Below, one piece after another: positions 10,094 through 19,135 of a DNA stretch of 64,000 nucleotides; the stretch's first letter is position 1, and every line of letters begins with the position of its first letter. The notes beneath the pieces are model-generated. The model was not told where the DNA came from, searched no databases, and saw only the letters and a program-made list of their open reading frames with translations. The position numbers and the translations under genes were made by a program. Origin of the DNA: an uncultured Chlamydiales bacterium (GTDB lineage Bacteria > Chlamydiota > Chlamydiia > Chlamydiales > FEN-1388). The stretch covers positions 712,028-776,027 of the forward strand of contig CAWGYH010000002.1 in NCBI GenBank assembly GCA_963826935.1, read 5' to 3'.

Positions 10094-10991
10094 GGCGCTC
10101 ATGTATAGTTTTCCAGAGGCCATGGCGTGGAAAGTCCATATCAACCCACGCTTCACCCACCCCTTCAATATCGAGCTGGCGAAGAACGTTATAGAGGCTA
10201 TGGGCTGCCTCTTGTTCGTTTTCGCCAAGTAAAAAGAGGCGTTTTGCTCCGGGATAGTCTCGCCCTTTAAAGCCAACAACGTAGGGGCTTGCTCCACATG
10301 GTGCGCTAAGATGCAGCCTTGCCTTCGGAGCGTAGTGCGCCAAAAGCTGGCCCGGACAGACGATACTATCTGAAATTTGCTCTGAAAGCGGGGGCAGATA
10401 TCCTATGGCGGCGGCTATTTCTTCTTGCGATAAAGCACCAAGACGTGCGATCTGCCAGATATTGTCACGATAAATAATAATTGTAGACTCCACGCCGTGT
10501 ACACATGCTTGACCGTCAAGGATGGGAAACTGCAGGCCAAAGTCCTGCTCTACATGTTCAGGTTTGGTACTAGATGGCGAGCCGCTGAGGTTTGCAGATG
10601 GTGCAACAAGCGGCGATATGTGGGATAGCAGCTCAACTGTTTGGCTATGGTTCGGCATGCGGAAGGCAGCAGTCGATAGGTTTGCCCGCACAAGGGGCAA
10701 TATCCTCTCCTCCTTGATCGGAAGAACAACGGTAAGGGGTCCGGGCCAAAAGCGCGCAATAAGCGATTCTAGGCCGGCAGGACGCGATGTGAGATAGGGA
10801 TAGATCTCTTCATGGCAGCCGACATGAAGAATAAGCGGATTGTGAGAGGGTCGGCCTTTAAGGGTGAAAATTTTTTGAACAGCTGAAGGAAGGGCGCTTG
10901 ATGCGGCCAGACCATAGACGGTCTCAGTGGGAATGGCTACAACTTCGCCTTTTTGTAGAAGCTCTATTGCCTGTTCAAGAGTAATTTTCAT
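10071..10991 (-). CDS. tsaC: L-threonylcarbamoyladenylate synthase (TsaC/Sua5 family, long form)
   Basis: MKITLEQAIELLQKGEVVAIPTETVYGLAA... plus a C-terminal Sua5-like domain. Start moved to the ATG at 10991; the upstream 27 codons are AT-rich promoter-like sequence. The 3' end overlaps ung by 23 nt (convergent). Confidence 0.9.
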   Translation of the reverse strand: MKITLEQAIELLQKGEVVAIPTETVYGLAASSALPSAVQKIFTLKGRPSHNPLILHVGCHEEIYPYLTSRPAGLESLIARFWPGPLTVVLPIKEERILPLVRANLSTAAFRMPNHSQTVELLSHISPLVAPSANLSGSPSSTKPEHVEQDFGLQFPILDGQACVHGVESTIIIYRDNIWQIARLGALSQEEIAAAIGYLPPLSEQISDSIVCPGQLLAHYAPKARLHLSAPCGASPYVVGFKGRDYPGAKRLFLLGENEQEAAHSLYNVLRQLDIEGVGEAWVDMDFPRHGLWKTIHERLSRAASR

Positions 10992-11066
10992 GCGATTATT
11001 GTAGCGGATATTAGGAAAATATGTAACATAAAATAATTTTAATATATAATAGAAGTATAGGGTGAG

Positions 11067-11477
11067 GTGCATATGGTAACAAAAGAGGAAGCAAAGGTGG
11101 CGTTTTCCCGGCTTTCCGCTCTTCGCATAGCGAGAATCGGCGATGAGTCACAAGCCCTTTTTTTACAACCTGTCGATTTTGGAACAAAGCTACACCTTAC
11201 CGCCCAAGTCTATCATGGCGATAAGTTTATTCCGCCAGGAGTACGAGAAGCAGTTCACTTTCACCTGGAAACTCCCTACACTAAAATACATACCTGGTTA
11301 AGTGTTGATGAAGAGCTTTATGAAATTACCCTTCACCATATAGGCAACTTCACAAGCGATGTCGATGAACTTCAGGAGGTGAGTTCCGAGTTTGAAGATG
11401 CTGCTTTCAAGTGGAGAGAAATATTTGAAGAGAGAGATCGCCAAGATTTAGTCCATATCCCAATAAAATCCAAATAA
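11067..11477 (+). CDS. hypothetical small acidic protein
   Basis: 136-aa ORF divergent from tsaC with no recognisable motif. Size and charge are compatible with a secretion chaperone, but this is not supported further. Confidence 0.45.
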   Translation: MHMVTKEEAKVAFSRLSALRIARIGDESQALFLQPVDFGTKLHLTAQVYHGDKFIPPGVREAVHFHLETPYTKIHTWLSVDEELYEITLHHIGNFTSDVDELQEVSSEFEDAAFKWREIFEERDRQDLVHIPIKSK

Positions 11478-11698
11478 CCAACATCCACAAAGGAGAATAA
11501 GAAGATACTTATATAGCTATATTCTTCTTCTTCTTCTTCAGAGGGTGTGGATCTGTTCATAACAGCCTTTTTGAGAGACCGCCCTTCTGTCGATAGTCTG
11601 ATCATAATTGTGTCGACAAAATGTTCACCCTGTCTATAACTTCACTTTTTGTCGAAAGTTGCATACTTATGAACAGCATCCATCAAAGTTATGAACAA

Positions 11699-13948
11699 TT
11701 ACACCATATCTATCATATCAAGGAGCCATTGATCGGTAGTGAAGGTAGATGGCGCGTTTTCGTAGGCCAATTTTGTAGAGGAAAAGACCGGCTTTTCAAG
11801 CGAGGCGAGCATGCGGATGACGCCTAGCTCTTTTACTTTACCTTGATCGTCTAGAAGTTCTTGTTCTCGATAGACTTGCCTGCGCCTTTTTTCAATTGCC
11901 TCTTCAAAGTTTAACTTATCAGGTTCAACTACAACGCCATTTCGTTTTAAAAATTCCCTTTTTTCTTCTTCGGATTTAGCACTAATGGTGCCAAAGTTAT
12001 TGTGAACTTCTGCGCCCCACTCTTGTGGAATTTTATTTTCCATCCAGCTAAGAAATTGCTCCTTACGCTGAGGAGTATGTTCGAAATGATTGATGAGGCA
12101 ATCTCTTACAATCGTTTGTGGAGTATAGAGCCTAAAAAACTTTTCCTTCACCGCTTTAAGGTCGCATTGTCCTTTTGTTGCCTTGTAAAGAGATCTTGCA
12201 TCATGTCCCGGAATGGCAAGTTCCTCTCCTAAGTGATGAAGAGCTTCATTGTAGTCATCTGTCAGTTTCACAATAGCGCGTAAGAGCCTTTCTCGAAGCT
12301 CGGCGAGGAACATAATGATCTCTTCTTCGAAGGTTTTAGGCTTTTCAGAGCAGATTGTGCGATAGGCCTTCGTGATGGTATCAAAGTATTTTCCGGATGA
12401 GACCTCTCCTCCATCAAGAGAGGTTATGAGGCGCAAAAACTCCTCTTTTTCTGTGTCAGAGCGGCTTTGAAGAGAGATGATACAATTTTTCAGGCATGTT
12501 TCAAGAAGCTCATAGAATTTTAGTTTTGCCGTATCGGTATTGAGGAGCCCGGGAATGGCAGCTCTATTTTGTATTGTCGCCAGAACGCGGCGTAGTGTGA
12601 TTTCTTGCGATCTATCGTAGGTGAGAATCTCTTCAAGAGAGACCTCTTTTGTAGGCGCGCGTATCATGAAAGGCTGAAGCTCTTCCTGAAGGTGTTCAGA
12701 AGAGAGGTTGAGGAAGCAAAATTCAATAATATCTAAGGAGCATGTTGGATATTTTACTTTAAGTGCTTCGAAATACTCATAAAATTGGCTAAGTGTCATC
12801 TTCTCAGCCAGTTTTTGCGCAAGTTCAGAGTCTTGAAAAAGCAGGGCAAGTTCAAATGGGTTGTGTTCACCATGTTCTTGCAAAAGCTTTTCAGGCTTTT
12901 CTTTGCAGTCATTAAGATATGCTTGCATTCCCTCATCGGGGATCGCATAGCCAGGAAGAAGCTTTCGGAAGAATGTGAGGGTATCTCCCGGCGCGCTTTG
13001 AGCAAGAACGAGCGCGCAAGCTCCCTGCCTTTTAGCATTTGATGCAGGGTCGATTTGGAGATTTATCTGTGCAACGTTTGTGCCCGCATGGATAAGTGCA
13101 AGGGCTACATCAGCATGAAGCTTTTGGCATGCAAGATGAAGGCTCGTGCTGCAATCGAGATCAAGCGAGGAGCTATTTACCTTTTTTTCCAGCATCTTTT
13201 CCACAACGGCAAGAAAACCAGCTTCAGCTGCTATGTGAAGGGGAGTTTTTCCCAATTTTTGAGCGTGAAGATCGGCCCCTAGTTCTACAAGTTTTAAGGC
13301 AAGCTCTTCCTTTTTTTCTTCTAGAGCATAAAAGAGAAGTTTAGATTTGCTGGCTGCATCCGGCGCCGCGCCAAGGGTTATTAAATCGCAGGCGATTTTA
13401 TCATCTCCGTCTGCGCAAGCAAGAGCAAGAAGGGGCTGGTAGTAGCCTTCTGCTTCCGTAATTTGTTCCCCCTGCCTGATGAAGTAGAGGGCAGCACGAA
13501 GTGTATCATTTTCACATGCGGCTTTAACGCAGGAAATTGAACGGCGCTTTGCCTCCTGTTGTAAAAATGTACGGCCTAGTTCAAAGAGCTCATCATGTAG
13601 TCCCTTCAATTCAGGCGTGAAGGAGCGCATGACTATTCTATCGATAAAGAGGCATGTGCGGCTTGCCGCTTGACAGGCTCTTATGGAACGAATCTTGTCA
13701 GCCGTATCATCTAATGAAATCTGTGTAAGCCTTGCCTTGGCTGCCTCTACGATCAGTTTTGCATTTTTGGATATGTCGAATGTGGTGCTAATGCGCAGCC
13801 ACTGAGGCATCCTGCCCGGAAGCTCTAAGGCAACGCCATCGCTTGTGGAAACCAGGTTGCAGCTATCTATATCTTTTGTGTGGTTTGCTATATGCAGCTC
13901 GCTAAATCGCTCAAAAAAATCTAAAGCTGCGGGCTTAATATAGGTCAT
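11699..13948 (-). CDS. ankyrin-repeat protein (candidate secreted effector)
   Basis: Ankyrin consensus segments (GKTPLHIAAEAGFLAVVEKMLEKKVN; TSLHLACQKLHADVALALIHAGTNV). Start placed at the ATG at 13948 (MTYIKPAAL), which forms an ATGA overlap with the upstream gene stop. Confidence 0.8.
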   Translation of the reverse strand: MTYIKPAALDFFERFSELHIANHTKDIDSCNLVSTSDGVALELPGRMPQWLRISTTFDISKNAKLIVEAAKARLTQISLDDTADKIRSIRACQAASRTCLFIDRIVMRSFTPELKGLHDELFELGRTFLQQEAKRRSISCVKAACENDTLRAALYFIRQGEQITEAEGYYQPLLALACADGDDKIACDLITLGAAPDAASKSKLLFYALEEKKEELALKLVELGADLHAQKLGKTPLHIAAEAGFLAVVEKMLEKKVNSSSLDLDCSTSLHLACQKLHADVALALIHAGTNVAQINLQIDPASNAKRQGACALVLAQSAPGDTLTFFRKLLPGYAIPDEGMQAYLNDCKEKPEKLLQEHGEHNPFELALLFQDSELAQKLAEKMTLSQFYEYFEALKVKYPTCSLDIIEFCFLNLSSEHLQEELQPFMIRAPTKEVSLEEILTYDRSQEITLRRVLATIQNRAAIPGLLNTDTAKLKFYELLETCLKNCIISLQSRSDTEKEEFLRLITSLDGGEVSSGKYFDTITKAYRTICSEKPKTFEEEIIMFLAELRERLLRAIVKLTDDYNEALHHLGEELAIPGHDARSLYKATKGQCDLKAVKEKFFRLYTPQTIVRDCLINHFEHTPQRKEQFLSWMENKIPQEWGAEVHNNFGTISAKSEEEKREFLKRNGVVVEPDKLNFEEAIEKRRRQVYREQELLDDQGKVKELGVIRMLASLEKPVFSSTKLAYENAPSTFTTDQWLLDMIDMV

Positions 13949-14256
13949 CTCTCTTTTTTCCAGACATATGCTAAAGAGCCTACTACCAGTGAAAGTATGC
14001 AAAGCATTCCGGAGGGCATAAATTTAATCGTATACCAGCGGTATGCAAAAAAAAGTGTGAGAAGCGCCAAAAGTGAAAAAATGCACGTATAGGCTATTGT
14101 AGGCTTTACGCGAATAAGATAGAGCGATCCGATAAGTAAAATGGCAAAGATAGAGCTCATAAAAAGAGACGCCTGGCTTCCGGCAATAACATAGCCGATT
14201 ACCCCGCCGATAAGAAGTAAGAGACTATATCCTGTGATCAAGTTGTCAAAGCGCGT
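13945..14256 (-). CDS. TMEM14/UPF0136-family small membrane protein
   Basis: About 103 aa with 4 hydrophobic segments. Motifs GGVIGYVIAGSQASL and KFMPSG match the TMEM14 family signature (GGxIGYxKAGSxxSL ... GKFMPAG). Start moved to MTRFDN. Confidence 0.7.
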   Translation of the reverse strand, partial: TRFDNLITGYSLLLLIGGVIGYVIAGSQASLFMSSIFAILLIGSLYLIRVKPTIAYTCIFSLLALLTLFFAYRWYTIKFMPSGMLCILSLVVGSLAYVWKKER

Positions 14257-14346
14257 CATACTGCATCTCCATTTTTTAAGTAAATTCATTCTGGCTAAAA
14301 ACAAGTTTCATTGGCAAGATTTAATTATCAATCCAAGGGTAAATGT

Positions 14347-15360
14347 ATGACGGGACCTGTTTTTACGACAACGCAATTTCCAACGATTAGGCCAAGAAGG
14401 CTTAGGCGCCACAGCTGGCTTCGCAATATGGTGCAGGAAAACGGTGTAACACCTCACGATCTAGTTTGGACAGTGATAATTCGAGAAGATCATGTCGACC
14501 CAAATATTCCAGGTATGCCAGGGTCTCCCCGATTAAGCATAAAAGAGCTTGTAGAAGCAGCAATAGAAGCGACAGATCTTGGCATTCCGGCCATTGCCTT
14601 TTTTCCCTTTGTCGAGCAGGAATATAAAGATGAACAGGCTCGAGAAGCGTTAAATCCTCGATCTCTTACTGTTCGTGCTATAGAGGCGTTAAAGGCTGCA
14701 GCACCGAGCATTGGCGTTATCTCGGATGTTGCCCTGGATCCCTTTACGATACATGGCTTTGATGGCATCATGAGGGGTGATCAAGTTGACAATGATAAAA
14801 CTCTCGAAGTGCTTGCGAAAAGTGTTCTTTTGCATGTACAGGCCGGTGCCGACATTGTAGCGCCTTCTGAGATGATGGATGGACGCATCAAGGTGCTAAG
14901 AGATACACTAGATAGGGCCGGTTTTCACGATGTAAGCCTGCTCTCATACTCTGCAAAGTATGCTTCGAGCTTTTATGGGCCCTATAGGGGCGGTATTGGC
15001 TCGTTAAAAAACTTAGGAAAAGGCGATAAAAAGACCTTCTATCTAAACCCAGCAAACAAGCATGAAGCCCTTCGCGAAGTATCGCAAGACCTTTTAGAGG
15101 GAGCGGACATGGTGATGGTAAAACCTGGACTTCCTTACCTGGATGTAATAGCGGCAATTAAAGAGACCTTTCTTGTGCCGACCTTTGCTTTTCATGTAAG
15201 CGGCGAATATGGCTGCTTAAAGCTTATGCATGAAGCGGGCCTTTTGGACTTTCATAGAGCTTTCCATGAAGTTTTGGTATCCTTTAAACGGGCAGGCTGT
15301 GACGGCATTTTCACCTATGGCGCACTAGAATATGCTCGTAAGATGGGTAAAGGTTCTTGA
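14347..15360 (+). CDS. hemB: porphobilinogen synthase (delta-aminolevulinic acid dehydratase)
   Basis: N-terminal RPRRLRRHSWLRNMVQE, active-site region PSEMMDGR..., MVKPGLPYLD, HVSGEY. Start moved to the ATG at 14347. Confidence 0.9.
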   Translation: MTGPVFTTTQFPTIRPRRLRRHSWLRNMVQENGVTPHDLVWTVIIREDHVDPNIPGMPGSPRLSIKELVEAAIEATDLGIPAIAFFPFVEQEYKDEQAREALNPRSLTVRAIEALKAAAPSIGVISDVALDPFTIHGFDGIMRGDQVDNDKTLEVLAKSVLLHVQAGADIVAPSEMMDGRIKVLRDTLDRAGFHDVSLLSYSAKYASSFYGPYRGGIGSLKNLGKGDKKTFYLNPANKHEALREVSQDLLEGADMVMVKPGLPYLDVIAAIKETFLVPTFAFHVSGEYGCLKLMHEAGLLDFHRAFHEVLVSFKRAGCDGIFTYGALEYARKMGKGS

Positions 15361-15415
15361 CATTTAAATAAATATTATGTATAATAATGGTCTAAAAAGT
15401 AAAAAAGGAGGTTAA

Positions 15416-15730
15416 ATGTTTTCAGGTTCAACATCAGGAGCAAGTCCTGTTCAACCAACAGTTGCCTCTACTGTAGTGGCAAGTAATGAAGGTTTTGTAA
15501 AGCAAGACCCATCACTATTACTAAAAATGGGAGTTGCCGCCCAAATAATCGGCGCCCCTAATACCCTCGTTTATATCGTCACAGTAAACAAAAATATTGT
15601 TGCCCGCATGGCTCCCCCGGCCCTTTCACGCGACGATGAAACCTTTAGCGAAAAGCGCAAAAAAGGCATCATCCGCAGCCTCAAAACCGAACAATCAGAA
15701 TCCCCCAACGACCAGCGCCCAGACAGTTAA
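15416..15730 (+). CDS. hypothetical protein
   Basis: 104-aa ORF preceded by a strong RBS (aaaaggaggttaaATG). No recognisable domain. Confidence 0.5.
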   Translation: MFSGSTSGASPVQPTVASTVVASNEGFVKQDPSLLLKMGVAAQIIGAPNTLVYIVTVNKNIVARMAPPALSRDDETFSEKRKKGIIRSLKTEQSESPNDQRPDS

Positions 15731-16153
15731 ATGTAAAGCTGGTGTACATTCATGCCTGTGCGCGTATTCTATTCCCGATTAGACAATGAAAAAAAGAGTG
15801 TGCAGACTATGCATCAGCCTAACGACAAGTAAAAAACGGAATAGGCAGGTATACGCATCAGGCTAAAAGCAAGCAGTGATCTTATGTAGTTGTTTGTTAA
15901 TAATATAAAAAACAGGATCACACCAGGATCGGGCAGGATAAATACAAAACGATAAAAAAATAAAAGAAATGCATTTAATATATCGTTTATCATTATTATC
16001 ATTTTGTATTTATCCTGCCCGATCCTGCCAGCGCAGCGGATCCTGTTTATTATTTTTATTTGCCTTTTGTCCCTGATGCGTATGCTTGCATATCTTGTTT
16101 TTTGTACATATGAGGAATAGGATGCGTGCTCTAAATGTAAAGCAGGTTTACAT
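15731..16153. repeat. ~420-bp imperfect palindromic element between convergent genes
   Basis: A perfect 25-bp inverted repeat (15925-15949, aggatcgggcaggataaatacaaaa, with 16002-16026) lies around an AT-rich centre. It is nested inside further matching arms (15911-15919/16038-16048; 15845-15863/16071-16089). The element is bounded by near-identical 19-24-mers, atgtaaagc(t/a)ggt(g/t)tacat, at 15731 and 16135. Confidence 0.8.
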
Positions 16154-16207
16154 CAGTTAGTCTCTTTAGGTGCCAAGCCCGGTAGGAGTTGTTGACAGGA
16201 TCCACTG

Positions 16208-18571
16208 TCATTTTTGGAGAGGTTTTAATGAGGAAAAGATCAACAAAAGCGTGCTCATAGTTTCCTGTATTTCCCGAAGGGATTCTGCAATGATTTTATT
16301 TGCATAAAACGCTTTTAGCGTGCGGAACCTCATTGATTCGGCCTTGGACTGGGTTTTGAGAAAATCTTTCTCAATCTCCACAAGCTTTTGTGCCTGATCT
16401 GGGGTGAAGACCTTTTGCTTCAAGGTTTTGGCCATCCAAAGTGAAATAAAACTCTGCCTGAGCAAGCGGGTATCTAGGCCCTTTTTGATTCCCTTTTCCA
16501 AAAAATCCATCCCTACAGCAATCTGCCAATTGGAAAATATCACTTCAAGAGAATTTTTAAGTTGCTGCTTTTGCGAATCATCAGTTGGCAATTGCGTACC
16601 GCCGAGTTCTTTAAAGAGGAAAAGGGCTTTTACAATGCCCTCTGTTGATGCCCAGGTGCAATTACTTACAGTTTGGTTGGGAATACCCAAAAGCTCGATA
16701 ATCGCCTTTTCGTTGGGTGCCTGTTCAAAGCTCAACATTTTCGGCAGTTCATTTGATACGAAGTTGAGATATTCTTTTTTGGGCATATAGGCTAAAGCGC
16801 GAAGCTGCTCTATAGTTTGTTCATTAAGTTTAGATGGATCAAATTTGTGGACAAGAAGCGGTGCCGAAAAACTTCTTCCTCTATCACAAAGCATAAAAAG
16901 CTCTCCCTGCACCAGCACCGTTGCGGCGTGGCCTACGTTGCGGTCGCTGTAGCCTGTGAGGATGCAGGTAGGCTTGCCCTGTTTGATTCTTTCGAGGGTC
17001 TCCTGTGGGCTATGGCTGTTTTGCTCTGCTGCAAACTCTAAGGCCTCTTGTAGGGGAGCGGGGCAGGATTTTGCCATCTTAGCAGCTGCAATTTCCCGCT
17101 GCCCAAACTCAAACGGTATTTTTTGACCCCCAATATTTGCAGTACCTCTAAGAGAAAATACATGAGTAAGCAGTTTGGTAGCTTTGAGCTTTTGTGCAAA
17201 CCGTTCTATATGAAAAGATGATTTTACTAAGACCAGCTGCCTCATTATTTTCCAGTGTTCGGGCCGCTTAGTTTGTAAGAGATAAAGAAGCACATCCCCA
17301 TCTTTCGTTACGATATCGGGGTTAGCTCCAGCTCGTAGCAGCATTTGAAATACTTCAAGTTGGCCTGAGAGGGCTGATAATAACAGTGGTGTAAAACCAG
17401 CAGCATCCTGAACATCTAATCGAGCGCCGCATTTCAGAAGAAGCTGCACAGCGTCTTTATTGCCTATACTTGCCGCATGATAAAGTGCGCATCTCCCATT
17501 TTTATCCTGCTCATTTACATCAACACCACGCTCTAATAAAAATTTCATGGCATCGAGGTTGTTTGAGAACGCAGCATGGGAAATTGCACCTATGCCAAAA
17601 TTGTCTTTTGCCTGTATATCTGCTCCGCGGTCGATAAAATACTGCATTGCATCGATATTTTGACTATGAATGGCGCACAAAAACGCTTCATCCAGCCTTG
17701 GATTTGCACCTTCTTTGAGCAAAAATTGCGCCATCCGGAGATCACCTGCTATGGCTGCCTGAAGCAAGGGAGGGCGATCTCCCTTATTGAGATCTGCTCC
17801 TGCTTGAATGAGCGTTTTTGCAATAGAAACATCGCCTAAAAAGCTTGCCCATTGCAGAGCTGTTAAACCATTTTTATCGGGGGTATCGACCTGGATATTT
17901 CGCAAGTCCTCTTCAATCAGATCTTTTCTTCCGGCGATGATATGCTGATGCAAAAGGGAATAATTAGACTCGTTACAGTCATTAACAAATAGTAAGGTTT
18001 TAGAAAGCTTCTCTACAAATTTTCGAAGCTTCGAAGGGGCTGTTGATACTTCAAGATGTACCAAAGTCTCAAGCTGCTGCCTGGAGAATCTTCCCTGGCC
18101 TTCGACGTCAATATGCTCTATCTTTGGGTCTTTCACTACATCCACCATGCATTCCCAAAAATCTCGTGTCGACATGATCTTTAGCTGCTCCGAGCTGAGC
18201 TTATAGACTGCCTCTCGGGGAACATTTTTATGCAGTGCTACTTTAAAACCAACCCCCAGCGCATGTATTTCCCGAGCAGCCCGTTTAACGGCATGACTAT
18301 CTGATCCTGCTGCCCTTTGGAGCTTTTCTTGAATAATGGCAAGAGAGGCCATTTGGGTTGCATCAAGCGTTTCTCTTTTTGCTTTACATTGGGAGTAGAT
18401 GAAGTTGATAGACTTCGTGATATCGGACAGGTTCTTGTTAAATTCGCCCTGCGGGAGCGCTGCCATGTACTGCACAGTATGCATGGTGCCAATGAATGCG
18501 ACCTTGGCTTTTTCTTCCGGTACCCCTCGCACCCACGAAAGGCTTTGCGGCATATCATGAATTTCTGACAT
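16208..18571 (-). CDS. ankyrin-repeat protein (candidate secreted effector)
   Basis: 787-aa ORF with about 7 consecutive ankyrin repeats in the centre (NGLTALQWASFLGDVSIAKTLIQAGADLN ... DAAGFTPLLLSALSGQLEVFQMLLRAGANPD). The N- and C-terminal domains are uncharacterised. Confidence 0.8.
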   Translation of the reverse strand: MSEIHDMPQSLSWVRGVPEEKAKVAFIGTMHTVQYMAALPQGEFNKNLSDITKSINFIYSQCKAKRETLDATQMASLAIIQEKLQRAAGSDSHAVKRAAREIHALGVGFKVALHKNVPREAVYKLSSEQLKIMSTRDFWECMVDVVKDPKIEHIDVEGQGRFSRQQLETLVHLEVSTAPSKLRKFVEKLSKTLLFVNDCNESNYSLLHQHIIAGRKDLIEEDLRNIQVDTPDKNGLTALQWASFLGDVSIAKTLIQAGADLNKGDRPPLLQAAIAGDLRMAQFLLKEGANPRLDEAFLCAIHSQNIDAMQYFIDRGADIQAKDNFGIGAISHAAFSNNLDAMKFLLERGVDVNEQDKNGRCALYHAASIGNKDAVQLLLKCGARLDVQDAAGFTPLLLSALSGQLEVFQMLLRAGANPDIVTKDGDVLLYLLQTKRPEHWKIMRQLVLVKSSFHIERFAQKLKATKLLTHVFSLRGTANIGGQKIPFEFGQREIAAAKMAKSCPAPLQEALEFAAEQNSHSPQETLERIKQGKPTCILTGYSDRNVGHAATVLVQGELFMLCDRGRSFSAPLLVHKFDPSKLNEQTIEQLRALAYMPKKEYLNFVSNELPKMLSFEQAPNEKAIIELLGIPNQTVSNCTWASTEGIVKALFLFKELGGTQLPTDDSQKQQLKNSLEVIFSNWQIAVGMDFLEKGIKKGLDTRLLRQSFISLWMAKTLKQKVFTPDQAQKLVEIEKDFLKTQSKAESMRFRTLKAFYANKIIAESLREIQETMSTLLLIFSSLKPLQK

Positions 18572-18652
18572 TATGCACCCCCTGCTTCGTTATGTTAAAA
18601 TAAATAATATAAGTCAAGTGGGTGGATAACGTGCCCTCGTGCAAAAGGCTCT

Positions 18653-19135
18653 CTAGTCTTTCCAGATACCGAGCCAGCCTCTTAACAGGATGATCTGGCC
18701 AATGTGGTAGGAGTTATGGTCTGCTACCAGGAGGATTTCTCGCAGAATTGTTGGACCATTTGGAAGGTGCGGGATTGGTTCTAAGAGTTTTGTTTTTTTG
18801 TTTTTAACGATTTTCTTTAGTTCGCTTAAATCGCTTCTAAATTCTTCTACTTTTTGGGCCCAGCAGTCCTTTGTGGGAGGCGACTTTTCTTTTGGCCAGT
18901 ACTCTTCGGGCCACTCTTTTTCTTTGTAGTTTGGGTCTTGGATGTACTCAAGAATGTCGCGCTGGGAAAGCTGCATATGCTGTAAAACGCGCCAGAGCGT
19001 ATAGGGAAGGCCTGTTACTTCTTGACCGTAGCACTTTTTTGGGATTCCTTTTATTGCAGTATCGAAGTCGCTATGGGCGTTGCCCCCATCAAGTAACCAA
19101 AGCAGCTCAGTGCGTAAGATATCTTTAGTTGTCAT
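18653..19135 (-). CDS. DinB-superfamily protein
   Basis: 160-aa ORF. The C-terminal HNSYHIGQIILLRGWLG and overall four-helix pattern are typical of DinB_2. Confidence 0.7.
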   Translation of the reverse strand: MTTKDILRTELLWLLDGGNAHSDFDTAIKGIPKKCYGQEVTGLPYTLWRVLQHMQLSQRDILEYIQDPNYKEKEWPEEYWPKEKSPPTKDCWAQKVEEFRSDLSELKKIVKNKKTKLLEPIPHLPNGPTILREILLVADHNSYHIGQIILLRGWLGIWKD

